A DNA stretch of 63,428 nucleotides, filler included, from Reclinomonas americana ATCC 50394 (Eukaryota): assembly GCA_048213135.1 (NCBI GenBank). It is 11 parts of 11 records of this genome, joined end to end, with 100 filler letters (N's around TTAATTAATTAA, not from the genome) between each part and the next. Parts side by side here need not be neighbours in the genome. Positions count along the whole stretch, not along the records: positions 3,251 to 18,320 come from AFZH01019779.1; positions 18,421 to 24,064 come from AFZH01019781.1; 9 more parts are not named here. One strand, given 5' to 3'. Shown in pieces: positions 10,301 through 22,973 of the stretch. Within the stretch, counting starts at the first letter, position 1; the number at the start of each line of letters is the position of its first letter. Both the position numbers and the translations under genes were made by a program. Under the pieces are notes generated by a model that was given only the letters and a program-made list of their open reading frames with translations, did no database searches and was not told the DNA's origin.

Positions 10301-13300
10301 AGCGCTCTTTTCCAGCAAGCAAATCACGCAATTCGTGTGAGTACCCCTTCCGGATCTGTGTCGACTCTGGCTGGCAACGGGTCTGTTGGCACTGCGAATG
10401 GCACCGGATCGACTGCGCGTTTTAATCGCCCACACGGCATTGTGGTCGATGCGGCGAACAAAGTGGTGTATGTTGGCGACTGGAATAACAGTGCTGTCAG
10501 GAAGGTGCGTGCACGCATCTATGATTGCGTCGCGTGGTGCCGATGCAAGTCTCTTATCGCATGCGTCGAAGGTCACCTATGGTGGCGAGGCCATCACCTA
10601 CTGCGGTACGATTGGCTCGTCGAGTACAGTTGATGGAGCTTGCGCATCCACAGCGCGGTTTGGTGGGCCAGTTGGCGTGACTTTGGATGCGACGGCCAAT
10701 CGGCTTTATGTCGGTGTGTGTGTATGCCCCGTGTCTGGTGTTCCTGATGACCTCGTGCCCACGCCTGTGCCATGAGCAGCCGATCGCTCCAGGAACAACA
10801 TTCGTGCAATCGACATGCTGGCGATGACAGTGTCGACGCTGGCTGGCTCGCTCACCGCGGCAACGGGGTCAACAGATGCCACTGGTACTGCGGCCCTGTT
10901 TAGCACACCGATTGGTATCCAGCTGGATCGAGCACGGGGCGTTCTCTACGTAACTGATGTTGCGCAGTGACGTGGTTGTGCTTGGAAGTCGCGTGCTTCG
11001 CGCAACTCAAACTTCTTCCGTTCCCAGTTCGCCAATCACACGATTCGCCAAGTCGCTGTCAGCACGGGCGCTGTCACAACCATCGCTGGTACTACGGGAG
11101 TGTCTGGATCAGCGGATGGGAGTCCACTCGGTGGTGCTCAATTGTACAGCCCGGTGCGCTCCACGTGAAATTGGCACGTTGCGAATAGATGACGAGTTAT
11201 CTCATTTGGGTGTGCAGCTTTTCATGACGTACGATGCCACGGCGTCCATCTTGTACATTGCAGGTGAGTGTCTGTGCAGCAGATCGTATCGACCCCATGC
11301 ACCTCCAATCTCAGCACTTCTGTTCCTCAGACTACTACAATCTCACCATCCGCCGTCTCTCCATCGGCACGAGTATTGTCTCGGCCACCCCGGCCACCTC
11401 GGCCGTCGCCTCTAGCACCATTTTGACCGCTTCACTGACGTCTCTCGCTGCCAACTGGACGTACTACTTTCGTGCCCTGTCCGCTTCAACCGTGCCCAGC
11501 ACTCTTACCGGCTCTACCGTGTCCTTCACCACCTCCAACGCGGTGCCGACCGACATTGTGTGCTCTGCGACCTATGTCGCACCGTCGACTGCCAACATGC
11601 CCGTGTGCACGATGAGCACAACGGACAGTGATGGGAGCCAGTCGTACACGTACATTATCACCGGCGGAGCGAACGGCAACGTATTCACCCTGGGTGGAGG
11701 AGGCGCGCAGTTGCAGATCACCTCGGCGGGCCAGTCGGGCAGTCCGCTGGCTGTCTCGATCCGCTCGTTTGACAATGGCACGCCGCCGATGTTCTTCGAC
11801 AAGTCGTTCACTGTGATATCGGGTGAGTGGATGGTTGATTGGGAGTGTTGCGTTTCTTGGTGTGGATGCTGACCTTGTCTTCCCACCAGTGAACAATGCA
11901 CCGACGGCGGTGACGCTGAGTGCAAGCTCATACATTCCGCCCAGTGCTGTGGGGCAGCCGATCGGCACGATGAGCACGAGCGATGTAGACTCGCAGCAGT
12001 CGTTCACGTATTTGGTGGTGGGAGGTGCCAGCAGCGCATTGGTGACGATTGTGTCGGGCAACCAGCTGCAGTTTACGACTGCGAGCGTGACAGCGTCGCT
12101 GGTGGTGATTGTGCGCACGACCGACAATGGCAATCCCGCCATGTCCTTCGATCAGACCCTGAACATTACGAGTTGCGTGCTGTTGTGATTGTCTCATGAT
12201 GTTGTGCTGCACAATGATGCTGATTGCCTTCCATACAGTCCCCACTGTGGCATCTATGTCGGCCACCTTTGTGCCGGCTCTGGCTGGTCAGTTGATAACA
12301 CTGACGGGAACCGCACTGGTGAATAATTCGGGCGACGCGTCGGCGTATGTGGTGGCCACTCCTCTGTGTGCCGCCACGACGCCGCCGACAGCTGTAGCCA
12401 GCGCTACAGTCAGCAGTGCCTTCGGCAGTGCGACCAGCATCACGCTGACAATTGACGCGGCGGGTGCTGCTGTCGGGACGTACGAACTGTGCACACGTTG
12501 GGCGCCAACCAAGACATATCTGGCCGTGTCAGCATTTGCCCTTGGTGAGAGAAGAGTATTCAGAGAAGCATTCTGGTTGTGTCCGTGTGTCAGCTGAACG
12601 AGGTGCGCAGGGAATGTGGCGCCGAGCGACATTCTGTTGTCGGGTCCGCAGACATACTCGAGTACGACAGTGCCATTCACTGTGGGCACACTGAGCATGG
12701 TGGATCTCAACACGGGACAGACGCCGACATTCAGCATTGCGGGCGGTGTGCACTCGGCTCTGTTCAGCGTCGTGGGCAGCAATCAGCTGACAATCTCGGT
12801 GGCTCCGCCACTGTATCGGCGACTGCAAGTGCTTGTGCAAGTGAGCGATGGCGCGCTGACGTACACCAAGCAGTTCATGATTGTGTATGGTGCGTGGGTG
12901 GGGAGGACGGGAGAAGAGTGGGGAAGAGAGTGCTGAAGTGTGATTGTCGTCGCCCTCTCTTCTCCTGCGAAGCTGCACGTCAATGGGCTTGAGTGATTGG
13001 TGCTTACGATCACTGGGTGCTTGTGCAGTTTGGGACGCAGGTTGTTTGGCGGTGCAGAATGGAGTGGTGGCTCGTTGCGTTGTTTGTCAGCCCAGGCGTG
13101 CACCATCTTTGTCCGTCTCACTGTTCGGCATGTCGAGCAGCCGCGTTGGAAGTGTGCCAGTTCGAGGCCGTGGATCGACCCGGCGGCTCGATCCTGGCTG
13201 TGATGCCTTCGGTAAGCGAGGTCGGATGCTGCGAACTGTGTGATCAATACCCGCAATGTCGATCGTGGACATTCTTGGACGCTGCTGCGGCGTCGAACTC

Positions 13301-13794
13301 GGCTGGCGTGAGTGTGTGCACGCTGAAGGTACGTGATCGGTGATCAGAGAAGGGTGATCATGCATGACAAGCTCACCGTCTACGTGTGTTGCATGCAGAG
13401 CACCGTGCCGGCTGCTGCCGCCAACGCTGAGACCAGCAACGTGTGTGGCTCGCATTTCTGCCTGGTGTCGGGACGCAAGACGAGCGTGGCTGCGTACGAC
13501 AGCAGCGGGTTCCAGACGAGCACGGGTGAGTCCTCGCACAAGTGAGAGATCAGAGAATCGTGACTGATGTGTTGGGTGCTTGCAGATCGACCTGGTGGCG
13601 ACCTCACGTGGGCCATCAACACAACGACCGGACCACAAGCATGCTCGCTGTGGTGCTCGCAGTTGACTGCGTGCGGCTCGTGGACCTTCACTTCGTCGAC
13701 GAAGCAATGTGTACCAAAGAGCGGCGTGGTGGCGACGTCGGTGGTGACGGCGTGTGCGACAAGCGGCGACTGCACGTCGGGGTTGAAGATATAA
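7357..13794 (+). CDS. Large secreted protein: signal peptide, 2x[FN3 with inserted 6-blade NHL propeller + cadherin-like], further cadherin-like domains, an IPT/TIG-like domain and two PAN/apple domains
   Basis: Signal peptide MRFLFAVTLVLVHSFAVDA; 12 NHL repeats (e.g. FNQPAGVAVDATNQVVYVGDWLNNTIRRV); bacterial-type cadherin-like repeats NxAPTDI..TTDANAGQSFTYSIVGG..VTIRSTDSG..FDKAFTI; PAN motifs CCELCDQYPQCRSWTF and CSLWCSQLTACGSWTF. More than 20 short GT-AG introns keep the frame. Confidence 0.88.
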
Positions 13795-13808
13795 GTGAAG
13801 CTTCATGG

Positions 13809-14677
13809 TTACATTGTCTCCGTAACAACGGCGCCTGGCTTGTTCATGAGCATGCGGATGAGGTGCTCGATGGAGACGCTACCGGAGCCCTCTGGATCTG
13901 TTTGAAACAAGTCAGAAACCACATTCGCCAATCGATCAAAACTGGTGAAGAGAGCACCTGCGTCCAGCATGATGCAATTGAGCTCGTGCTCGGTGATACG
14001 TTCGCCTACGCGCTCCATGATTACGCGCAGTTCGCCGGCACCGATGCGTCCAGTGCCCTGCACGTGCCCGATCAGATCCTTCCTCGTGCTCTGTGCGCTT
14101 GATCGGCACTCACCTTGCGATCGAAAGTGACGAAAGCCTCCCTGATCTCGTCTTCTGGGGGGATGCGCTCCTTTGCCACCTTGTACATGATCTGCACAAA
14201 CTCCTCCCATTGCACCACACCGGCCCCAGTCTTGTCGGCCTCCTTGATCATCTCCGTCAGCTCCACATCCGTCGGATAGATGTCTGTGCCACCCGGCTCA
14301 GCTCACACACGCACAGCAGTCGCACTTCCCCCTCCTGTCGCACACGCAACTCATGTAGTTGAGCACATTCTCCAGCTCACGCGCCGAAATGGTGTTGGAG
14401 GCGTCGGCATCGAACATCACGAATGCCGCTCGGAACTGCCTGATCTCGTCCCTGGTGAGCAGCCCGTTGGCCACACCCGGCTGCCGCCACCCCCTCAACC
14501 ATCAGCGACACGCACGCGCAATGAGACCAACACTCCATCAAGACGCACCACTTTCAACAACTCTGGATCGTCTGACGCACTCTCCGCCGCCTGACTGCCG
14601 CTCCGCCGCATGCTCGACTTGAGCTGCCGCCTCTTGTACGCAGGGAGACGCGACAGCCCATTGCTGCTCGACGCCAT
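13809..14677 (-). CDS. Calmodulin/centrin-like 4-EF-hand protein with N-terminal extension
   Basis: Five exons: EIRQFRAAFVMFDADASNTISARELENVL..ELTEMIKEADKTGAGVVQWEEF..EDEIREAFVTFDRKGTGRIGAGELRVIMERVGERITEHEL..DPEGSGSVSIEHL. Confidence 0.9.
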
Positions 14678-14778
14678 TGCACAACAAAAAACGAGAGAAA
14701 CGGCTTGTGAGGGCGCGAGCGAGTCGATGACAAACTGTACGGTCGACATCGACTTGCTTGAAGAGAAAGAGAGAGAAG

Positions 14779-17700
14779 ATGGCAGGCGCTCCGATGAAAG
14801 AGGCCACTGTGGTGGTCATTGATGTGGGCGACACCATGTGTGAGGCATTCAGCAGCGGCACTGCTCCACTGGACGATGCCAAGTCCGCAGTGTTGTCATT
14901 ACTGCAGGGAAAGGTCTCTCTCTCTCTTGCTTGTCTCTCCCTCTCCACACACACACACACACTGACTTTGCGAGAGCACAGCTGCTGCACAGCAAGAACG
15001 ACGAAGTCGGCATTGTGCTGGTGGGCACACGAGGTATGCCGCGAAAGTGCATGTTTTCTTGTGACTTGTCTCTTACTCTCCATCACAGACACACAGAACG
15101 CACTGTACGACCCGAGCAGCGAAGGCTACGAGCACATCACAGTGGTCACACCTGTGGCCAAAGTGCAGCTCGACATGATGCACATGGTGGAGAGCACAAC
15201 GCGCGGGTATCAAGAGGGCGATGGTCTGTGTAAGAGAGAGACAACAAGCAGACAAGTGCATCAGTGCTGTGACACGCTCTCTCTCCACGCACAGTGGTTG
15301 ATGCGGTTCTTGTGGGCATGGACCTCATCCAGCGGCGCTGTGAGAACAAGCGGTATCGGAAGCGTATTTTGGTGGTCACTGCCGGAGGTGTGGAGATCAA
15401 GGATCCGTCGCAGCTCGCCACCATTGCTCACGGGTTGAAGACGAATGGCATTGAGTTGCAAGTGCTGTTGCGTTTTTGTCGTTCTCAAGCCGCTTGTCCG
15501 TGTGCGCGCGCTCATGCATGCGCAGTGGTGTCAAGTTCCCGCCAGTGTCGGCGGACGATGACGATGACGATGATGATGGTGGCGATGTGCGCATGGCTGG
15601 TGGCACGCAGCCACAGCGTCTGCTCATGCGCCTCGTCAAGCTCAGCGACGGCTCCTTTTATCCCATCAACGATGCGCTCACCATGCTCAAGGGTTTCCGT
15701 TCCAAGGTTCGGGTTTTGCACGTAGCACTGCTCCTCCTCCTCCTCTTCCTTGCCTGACACGAGATGGTGGCGGTCGCACAGAGTGTGCTGCAGCGATCCA
15801 CGTGCCGCACCACACTCGATCTGGGCGACGTGCAGATTCCTGTTGCGTGGCCACGCTCCCTTCGTCGTCAAGGTGGAGATGCAGGCGCTCACCACCGATT
15901 CGCAGGTGTGGGCCTTCACCAAGTCCACCGAGTCGAAATTCCCCACACCTCGCAAGGTCTACATTGACAAGCAGGGCCACGTGTCGCACATTGCAATGCA
16001 GTCGACGTACGTGGATGTGGAGGACCCGGAGAAGGAGGTCAGCGAGGAGGATCTGGTGCGAGCGTATCGCTACGGTTCCGATGTCGTTGCGTATTGGGGC
16101 AGAAGGAGGAATCAGGCGGAGTCGTTGGCGTTTTCCCTCACCGCTTGGTGGCGACTGCAGATCCCCATTGACAAGGTGGCCGAGGGCAGCATCAAATACG
16201 GCGCCAGCAAGTGCCTGAAAGTGCTGGCATTTGTGCAAGAAAGCGAAGTGCCTCGTTGCGTTGTCTTCTACGTGTCGTTGTACCACTTCCGCGGCTCACC
16301 TTTCTGACAGGCCACCATCTAATGTCACACGCGGCGTGCTTTGTGTCGTGGCCTGGTGACGATGTGGCCAGTCGTTGCGTCCATCCTCCCATCAGTTGTC
16401 CGTCGTTTCACAGAAGCTCATTTTTTCGTGCAGGCGCGCTCTCCGCTCTGGTGCGTGCAATGGCGGAGCTGAAGGTGTGGGCCATCTCGCGCTACGTGTA
16501 CCAGGAGAACCGCGAGCCCAAGATCGGCTTCCTCATGCCGAGTTGCGTCCCCTTCACCCTGCACACATCACACCACTCGCTTGTTCTCATCTCGCGCAGA
16601 GGTCAAGCACGACATGGATGTGCTGTACTGGGTGCAGATGCCGTTCCTCGAGGACGATCGGTGAGCATCGCTGCAAATCTGTTGCTGCGAGACGCACACA
16701 CCGCTCACATCAATTCCGGGGAGCGCAGGCACTTCCAGTTTGGGTCATTTGCGGAGGTGGCGGTGACGCCACACCAGCAGAGTGTGATGGGCGATTTGGT
16801 GCGATGCATGGATCTGACGGCCGACGACATTCGCGACGATGAAGGGTGCGTGAGGAGTGATCAGGATTTGAGTGTGTTGAATTCAGCGACTAATCGAGTG
16901 TCGGAGTCAACAGCGAGCCCGTGGAATACCTGAAACCCTCCGAAACCTACAATCCCGGCCTGCAACACTTTTACCAATGCCTGACGCATCGCGCCATGAA
17001 CCCCAAGGACAAGCACTTGCCACCTCGCGATCCAGCAATCGACAGGTTTTCCGCATCGATGTTGATTGGTTTGTGAGCGCCCGTACCTCACGCCGCCGCT
17101 TCCAGATATCTGCTGCCGGAGCAATCGGTGGACAGCGCACTCGGCGATTTCCTTGCACAGGCAGCCGGTAGCATTGAGATTGCACGGCAAGCGTTTCCGA
17201 CCAAGCCCGGTTCGCGTCACAACACCTTCCCTTCCTTCCTCCCTCCTTCCCTGTCGCCCTTGTCTCCACCATTTTCGCCGCCCTTCTTTCCTCCCTCCCA
17301 CCATCCCTTCGTCCATCCCTCCATCCCTTCATCCCTTCGTCCTTCCCTCTCGCTCACTTTCCTCCATTTTCTCTCTCCCTCCATTCCTTCCTCCCTCCCC
17401 CCTTCTTCTCCCTCCCTCTCGCTCTCTTTCCTCCATTTTCTCTCCTCTCCTTTCTTCCCTTTACTTCCCTCCCTCCCTTCCTCCTTGCCCTTTACTTCCC
17501 TCCCTCCCTTACCTCCCTTCTTCCCTTTCCTCCACCTTTCCCATTCTGACCATTGACGCGCAGGCGACCTGGCGGCCGCCAAGGCCAAGGTCAAGGTGTT
17601 TGGTGGCGACGCCGAGTTGCCGACCATGGACAGCTACGGCGCCTCCGGATCGGGTGCCCACGACGGCGCATCGGTGGCCTCGAGTGCCGTCGGCAACATG

Positions 17701-18320
17701 CCAGCCGACATTGCCGCCATCTTCACCACGCGGCCGACCACTGTCAGCTCGGCCAATCCCGTCAAGGACTACTGGACGATGGTGCACGATCAGACCACGG
17801 ATCTTGTGCCAGTCGCCAATCGCGAAATGGTCAACGTCATTCACAAGCTCATTCGCGACTCGATCGGCGACCAGTACTACAACAAGGTGCGGCCTGGAAA
17901 TGTTGTCGATCGGTGTGATTGTTGTTACGCCTCACCGCCCGCGATGCAGATTGTCGACTGCCTGGTCAACTTCCGCACCGGCTGCATTCAGGTGAACGAG
18001 CCACAAGAATACAACAACCTCATGCTGGCGCTGCGCGATGCACACGGAAGACCGGGTGCGCGACGTGAGGACCTGTGGGAGCGCATCGTGCAGCACGATC
18101 ATGGCAAGCTGACGCTCATCACACACGTTGCGTCTGCCGAGTTGTCCCTTTCCCCGTTTTTCCTTTGCGCTCAATTTATGGTGACCCGCAGAGCGAGCAA
18201 CCGGACTCGGATGTGGGCGACGCACAGGCGGCCAGCTTCTTCTCCCAGGCGGTGCCGGCGGCCGCCGCACCTGCTCCCATGCAGCAAGATGCTGGACCGG
18301 GTGTGGGCGACGATTTGCTC
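14779..18320 (+). CDS. XRCC5: Ku80 (NHEJ DNA end-binding subunit), last codons lost in the gap
   Basis: vWA start KEATVVVIDVGDTM..DEVGIVLVGT; core RAYRYGSDVIP..KCLKVLAFV..ALSALVRAMAEL..AISRYVY..VQMPFLEDDRHFQF..NPGLQHFYQCLTHRA; C-terminal domain NPVKDYW..YYNKIVDCLVNFRTGCI..KLTLIT; tail GVGDDLL. Confidence 0.95.
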
Positions 18321-18420
18321 NNNNNNNNNNNNNNNNNNNNNNNNNNNNNNNNNNNNNNNNNNNNTTAATTAATTAANNNNNNNNNNNNNNNNNNNNNNNN
18401 NNNNNNNNNNNNNNNNNNNN

Positions 18421-21400
18421 CTGATGCAGATGCATTGCAAGGTGCGTCATCTGTGGAGGCAGTCGCCGGCTCTGCGTCATCGGCATCGTCTGCGGGCTCG
18501 GAGGCGGCAGCCGCGGCGGCTGTCGAGGCTGAGAAGCTGGTCAGTCAAGTGTGCGGGTGTTTCCTGTGTGTGTCTTTGTTGGTAACGAGTGGTGTGTAGG
18601 CGAATCCGCATTCGATTGCGCCGAGCCCGCGCATGGGTGCACGCAATGCGCAGGTGGAGCGCGAGTATGTGCATTTGCAGCAACTGGACCCGACCACGCC
18701 GATTGTTGCGCGTGTGTTTCTCACTATGCGTGGCTGTTGCGGTGCTCATCCTCTGTGTGTGTGTGTGAGATAGCCGGTTCGTATGCCGAGCGAGGAGGGC
18801 GATCGGATGATGGAGTGGCAGGAGAAGTCGTCGCCGGGTAAGCTGGTCGACGATCAGTACACGGATGAGTACAAGGTGTGTTTGCGATAACTGTGATTGT
18901 CGGTATTGTGTGTGTGTGTGTTGTTGCTGATGTGCGTGGCACACATAGTGGGAGAGCGTGCGACAGCTGTCGCTGATGGTGGATGCGTTTCCCGGCATGT
19001 TTTCGGCCACAGATTGGGACAGTGATGATGCAGTGCGGCAGGTGTGCATCCACCGCTCGCTCTCCTTTCCTGCCACGTTTGCGCATCTCTGATTCCCGCT
19101 CCCCGTCACAGATGCTGCGCTTCACGCGCGACATGCTGGCCGAGATCAATGGCGTCTTTGTGCGTCCGTTCGAGCGCGCGACACCGCCCGTCTCGGAGTT
19201 GTTTTTGCGCATCTACAATCTCATGAAGGTCTCCAACATTGTGGATGCCATTGTGGCGAAGACCCTGTGGCAGGACGGTGTGCCCGACTTGCAGGCTCTC
19301 GGCTGCGAGCTGCTGTTCTATCTGTTGCCTGGTCCGCGAGTCAGCACCGTGGCGCTCGACGACGACATGCACCCGACCAAGTGCTTCTTCAAGTACGCGT
19401 TTGTCAACACACCAGATACACAGGAGGACCGACTGACCAAGCTGATTGGTCTCATTCTGTCCAAGACGTACGAAGTTCGCGCGTGGGTGAGTGTGTCGAA
19501 GAATGATCTCCCATTGTGCTGGTACAGCAAGTAATCATCCTTCTTTGATGCGTCAGGCCGTGCTGGCCGTGGGCGCACTCTCACGGCATCACGCCGAGTT
19601 CCGGCTGGCGGCGCTGGAGAGGCAGGCGGCTGTCATCATTATCTCGTTGCTGGAGGACATGATTGCCGATCATGACTTGATGTTGCAGCAGCTGTCGTTG
19701 TTGCGTCGTGTGTTTTGGACGGTATCAATCTTTTCCGTGGACCCCTCGGCGCTGCCGAATGGACGTGCAGTTGCGTGCATGACTGTCGCGTAGGTCTGCA
19801 GAGGTGCAGGCACTCATCACTCTGTTTGTCGACAGGTGTTTGAGGCACTGATTTACTTCTTGGATGCGGTCGCCGATCCGGTGGTGCACCAGAACGTGCT
19901 GACCGGTCTCGGCTGCCTGCTGCCGGTGGAGCCGAGCATGGATGTGGTGCTGAAAGTCATTGGATTCCTCACGTGAGTTCTCTTTCTCTGATGTCGGCGT
20001 GATCTGTGCTGAGCGCCGGTTGCCGCACAGACACCAAGATCTCGCCGTGGCCATTGAGGCGCTCAAGGCACTGCAATTGGTGATCAAGAGCGGACAGTTC
20101 CTGGTACGTCGTGTGCTGTCTCCATTGCATGTGCTTGCGTGTATGTGTGCCAACCGCACTGCTGCAGCCAACACCCGAGGTCATGGTCACGTTCATCACC
20201 AACCTCGGCTCGTTGCTGGGGCGCAAGGAGATGGCGCTGCAAGTGGAGAGCTCGCAAACGTTGGTGTTGTTGTCGGAGAGCCACGAGTTTGTCAGGGTTA
20301 GTACCCGCGACTGTGTGTTCATTTGGTGGCTCTTCTCACTCACTTGCTTTGCAACGCACACACAGTGTATGATCCAGCAGTTCGTTCCACAGTCGCTGGT
20401 GTTGCTGTTGCCGGATCCAAGCAGGAGAGCTCTTGCAGCCAATCTCTCTCGTGTGCTGCGTGCATGCATGCAAGCCACCACCGAGGAAGTCGTTGCGTCG
20501 CGTGTTGCATGCTTTCTGTGTGTGCCGCCTGGCTGAAACAATCAACCACACCAGGCATCCTTCGCCGACGAGAACATGGTGAACACGCTGATTGCACTGA
20601 CGGAGCGGTGGCGCGACACGAACCGTGCACAGGAGTACGTGTACAACCTGGTGCTCATTCGCAACATTCTCATGTCGTTGGAGATGCTGCTCAGCCTCGA
20701 CACGTGTGGTGCGTCTGCCTCTTCTCGTCGTTGCTTGCATCCTGTCTCCTTGTGCTCATCCGCCACGCCAGTGCCACTGCATGCTCTGTCGGCCGCCAGC
20801 ATGCACTCAGAGGTGGGAGTTCTGCGCTCGTCGGTCGCATCGGCGGCCGCCAGTGCACCCTTGCACGCAGTGTTTGAGCCGTCGCGTTTCTTCCACGCTC
20901 ATCACGTGGAGAAACTGCTGGTGCTGTGGTTGAACATCAAGCACTCGCCCAGCGACGGTGCCTTCCAACTGTATTTGTGAGTCAGTTGTGCTTGCATGTT
21001 GGAATGGGAGGAGGAAGTGACTGACGGCGCGCTCGTGACCGTAGCAACGAATTCAAGCATCGCCTGCAAAATCTCCTCCGCCGACTCCACCAACTGCGGG
21101 CGACGCAAGCCAGCGAGGATGATAGCATTCCGCCGGTGAGTGAACGGCATTCTGACAGTGGAAGGGGATGCGTGCAGCAAGCGTGCTGAGCTGCCTCCTT
21201 TTTTTTTGCAGCTGTTGACTTCCATTTCCCACATCCTGGTCGACTTCTTCCCCGCCTCGCGCGACGGCAGCAGTGGATTGATTTCGGATCCCACCGACAA
21301 CCGAATGATTCACTGCAAGGTGGAGGTGCTGAAGGAGGAAGAGTTCCACTCGCGCAGGAGGCCATTTGGTTAGTGGCGCTTCTTCCTGCTGATCTCGATG

Positions 21401-22850
21401 TTGCCTTTCACGTGCTCACTTTTCTGACGCACACAGGTCAAAACCAGTACACGCGGGTGAGCTGTTGATTGTCGCAAGAAGATCTGGACTGCGTTGCGAT
21501 ACACATGAATGCTGACGTGCCTCTTTGTGTCAGGTTGAACCAGTACAAACACTCACGTTCCCGGTGGGCATCAGTCATCGCGGCCTGCTCGGCGTGCTCG
21601 ACATGCGGTTGCGTGTTTCCTTCAACTATTGGGTTCAACCGCAGTCGCCTTTGCTCACCGGAATGTCGCAGATACGGTGGCGCCACCAAGGCACAGTACG
21701 TGGACGAGGAGAACGACATGTGTGTGCTCACCAACGACAAGGATGTGGAGGACATGATTCACAAGTATTTCATGGTGCGCTGTGCTGGTGCAGAACATGA
21801 TTGCTTCTGAGTGCTCACTTGGCGCACGGCAGTACCGGCAAAACGTGCAAACACCACTGCGGTTGTACGTCACGCAGGATCGCACTCGCGGCATGATTCA
21901 GCTCTCGGAGGCCGAGTTGGCGCTCATCGAGGGCCGCTCGGATGCCGCCGCCGCAGCGGCTGCCGTGTTGCCTGGTGAGTGGCCGTCGTCTGCACTTTGC
22001 ATGGTTGGCTGCTTCTCACGTTACCCAGGTGGTTTGAGCGATGCTGCTCACATCCCGCGTGATTCGGCGATTCGTGGCTTGCGAGATGTGCTGCGTGGAG
22101 GTTTGTGCAAAGCCCATTCCCCACTCATGCCGTCTGCTGACGTGCTGCATCCCATTAGCCACCATCAACGACTTGAATCGCGTGTACGAGCAGTTCGCCT
22201 ACCAGGGCGGCTCGATCTCGTACGAGCAGTTTGAGGTCATCATGCGACAGCTGGGCGTCCATGTTGCGAAATGCCGTCCGTTTGCTGGACCCTCTCTTGT
22301 TCTCTCCTCTCACTCGGTTCTCGTTGTTGCGTTGCAGCATCCCGGTGAAATCCAGCGACTGTTCATCTCGTTCGACGACGACGGCGACAGGACGATCGAC
22401 CTGCAGGAGTTCATCTCGGGCATGAGTGCGCACTTGACTGGCTCGCGAGAGGAGAAGCTGAAATGTTTCGTGCCATCATTCAGTGCTGGCGTGTGTTTGT
22501 GCGCGTCCGCTGTGCTGTTCACATTCTTCCTTGTATGCAGTGGCGTTCCGTGCCTACGATGCCGATCGGTCGGGTTACATTGACAGGAAAGAGGTCAAGC
22601 GGTTGCTGAAGGCCAACTACCAGGCCAATGCGCCAGGCGACGTGGATCCGGAAATGCTCTCTGCCAACGTGGACCGCTTCTTCGAGGTGCGTATGCTGCT
22701 GCGCGTGGCGTCTCTCTTCTTTTTGTTCTCGTTTTGTGACAATTTTAATCTCCACAGCTGGTGGACGCCAACGGCGACGGCAACATTAGTTTCGAAGAGT
22801 TCAAGACGGCAGTCGATCGGGGCATCCTCGGCGACGTCTTCTTTATCTGA
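18421..22850 (+). CDS. Large helical-repeat protein with a PB1-like domain and C-terminal NCS/calcineurin-B-like EF hands, 5' partial
   Basis: Many-exon frame. PB1 OPCA-like motif AQYVDEENDMCVLTNDKDVEDMI; EF hands LFISFDDDGDRTIDLQEFISGMS..GSREEKLKLAFRAYDADRSGYIDRKE..VDANGDGNISFEEFK; TGA stop at 22848-22850. Confidence 0.8.
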
Positions 22851-22973
22851 TCCCACCCTCTTCTTAGCGTGCGCAGAGATAAGGAGGCAGTGAAACCGAC
22901 TTGTGTATGTGTGGCGATTTCTAATCAATTGTGTTTCCAAAGTGTTTACAATAATCTCTCTCCGCTGCGCACC

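Noticed and set aside
15467..18127. GTTGCG introns as Introner-like mobile elements
   Set aside because: No similarity beyond the first 6-7 nt, no terminal repeats, and homologous introns switch class.
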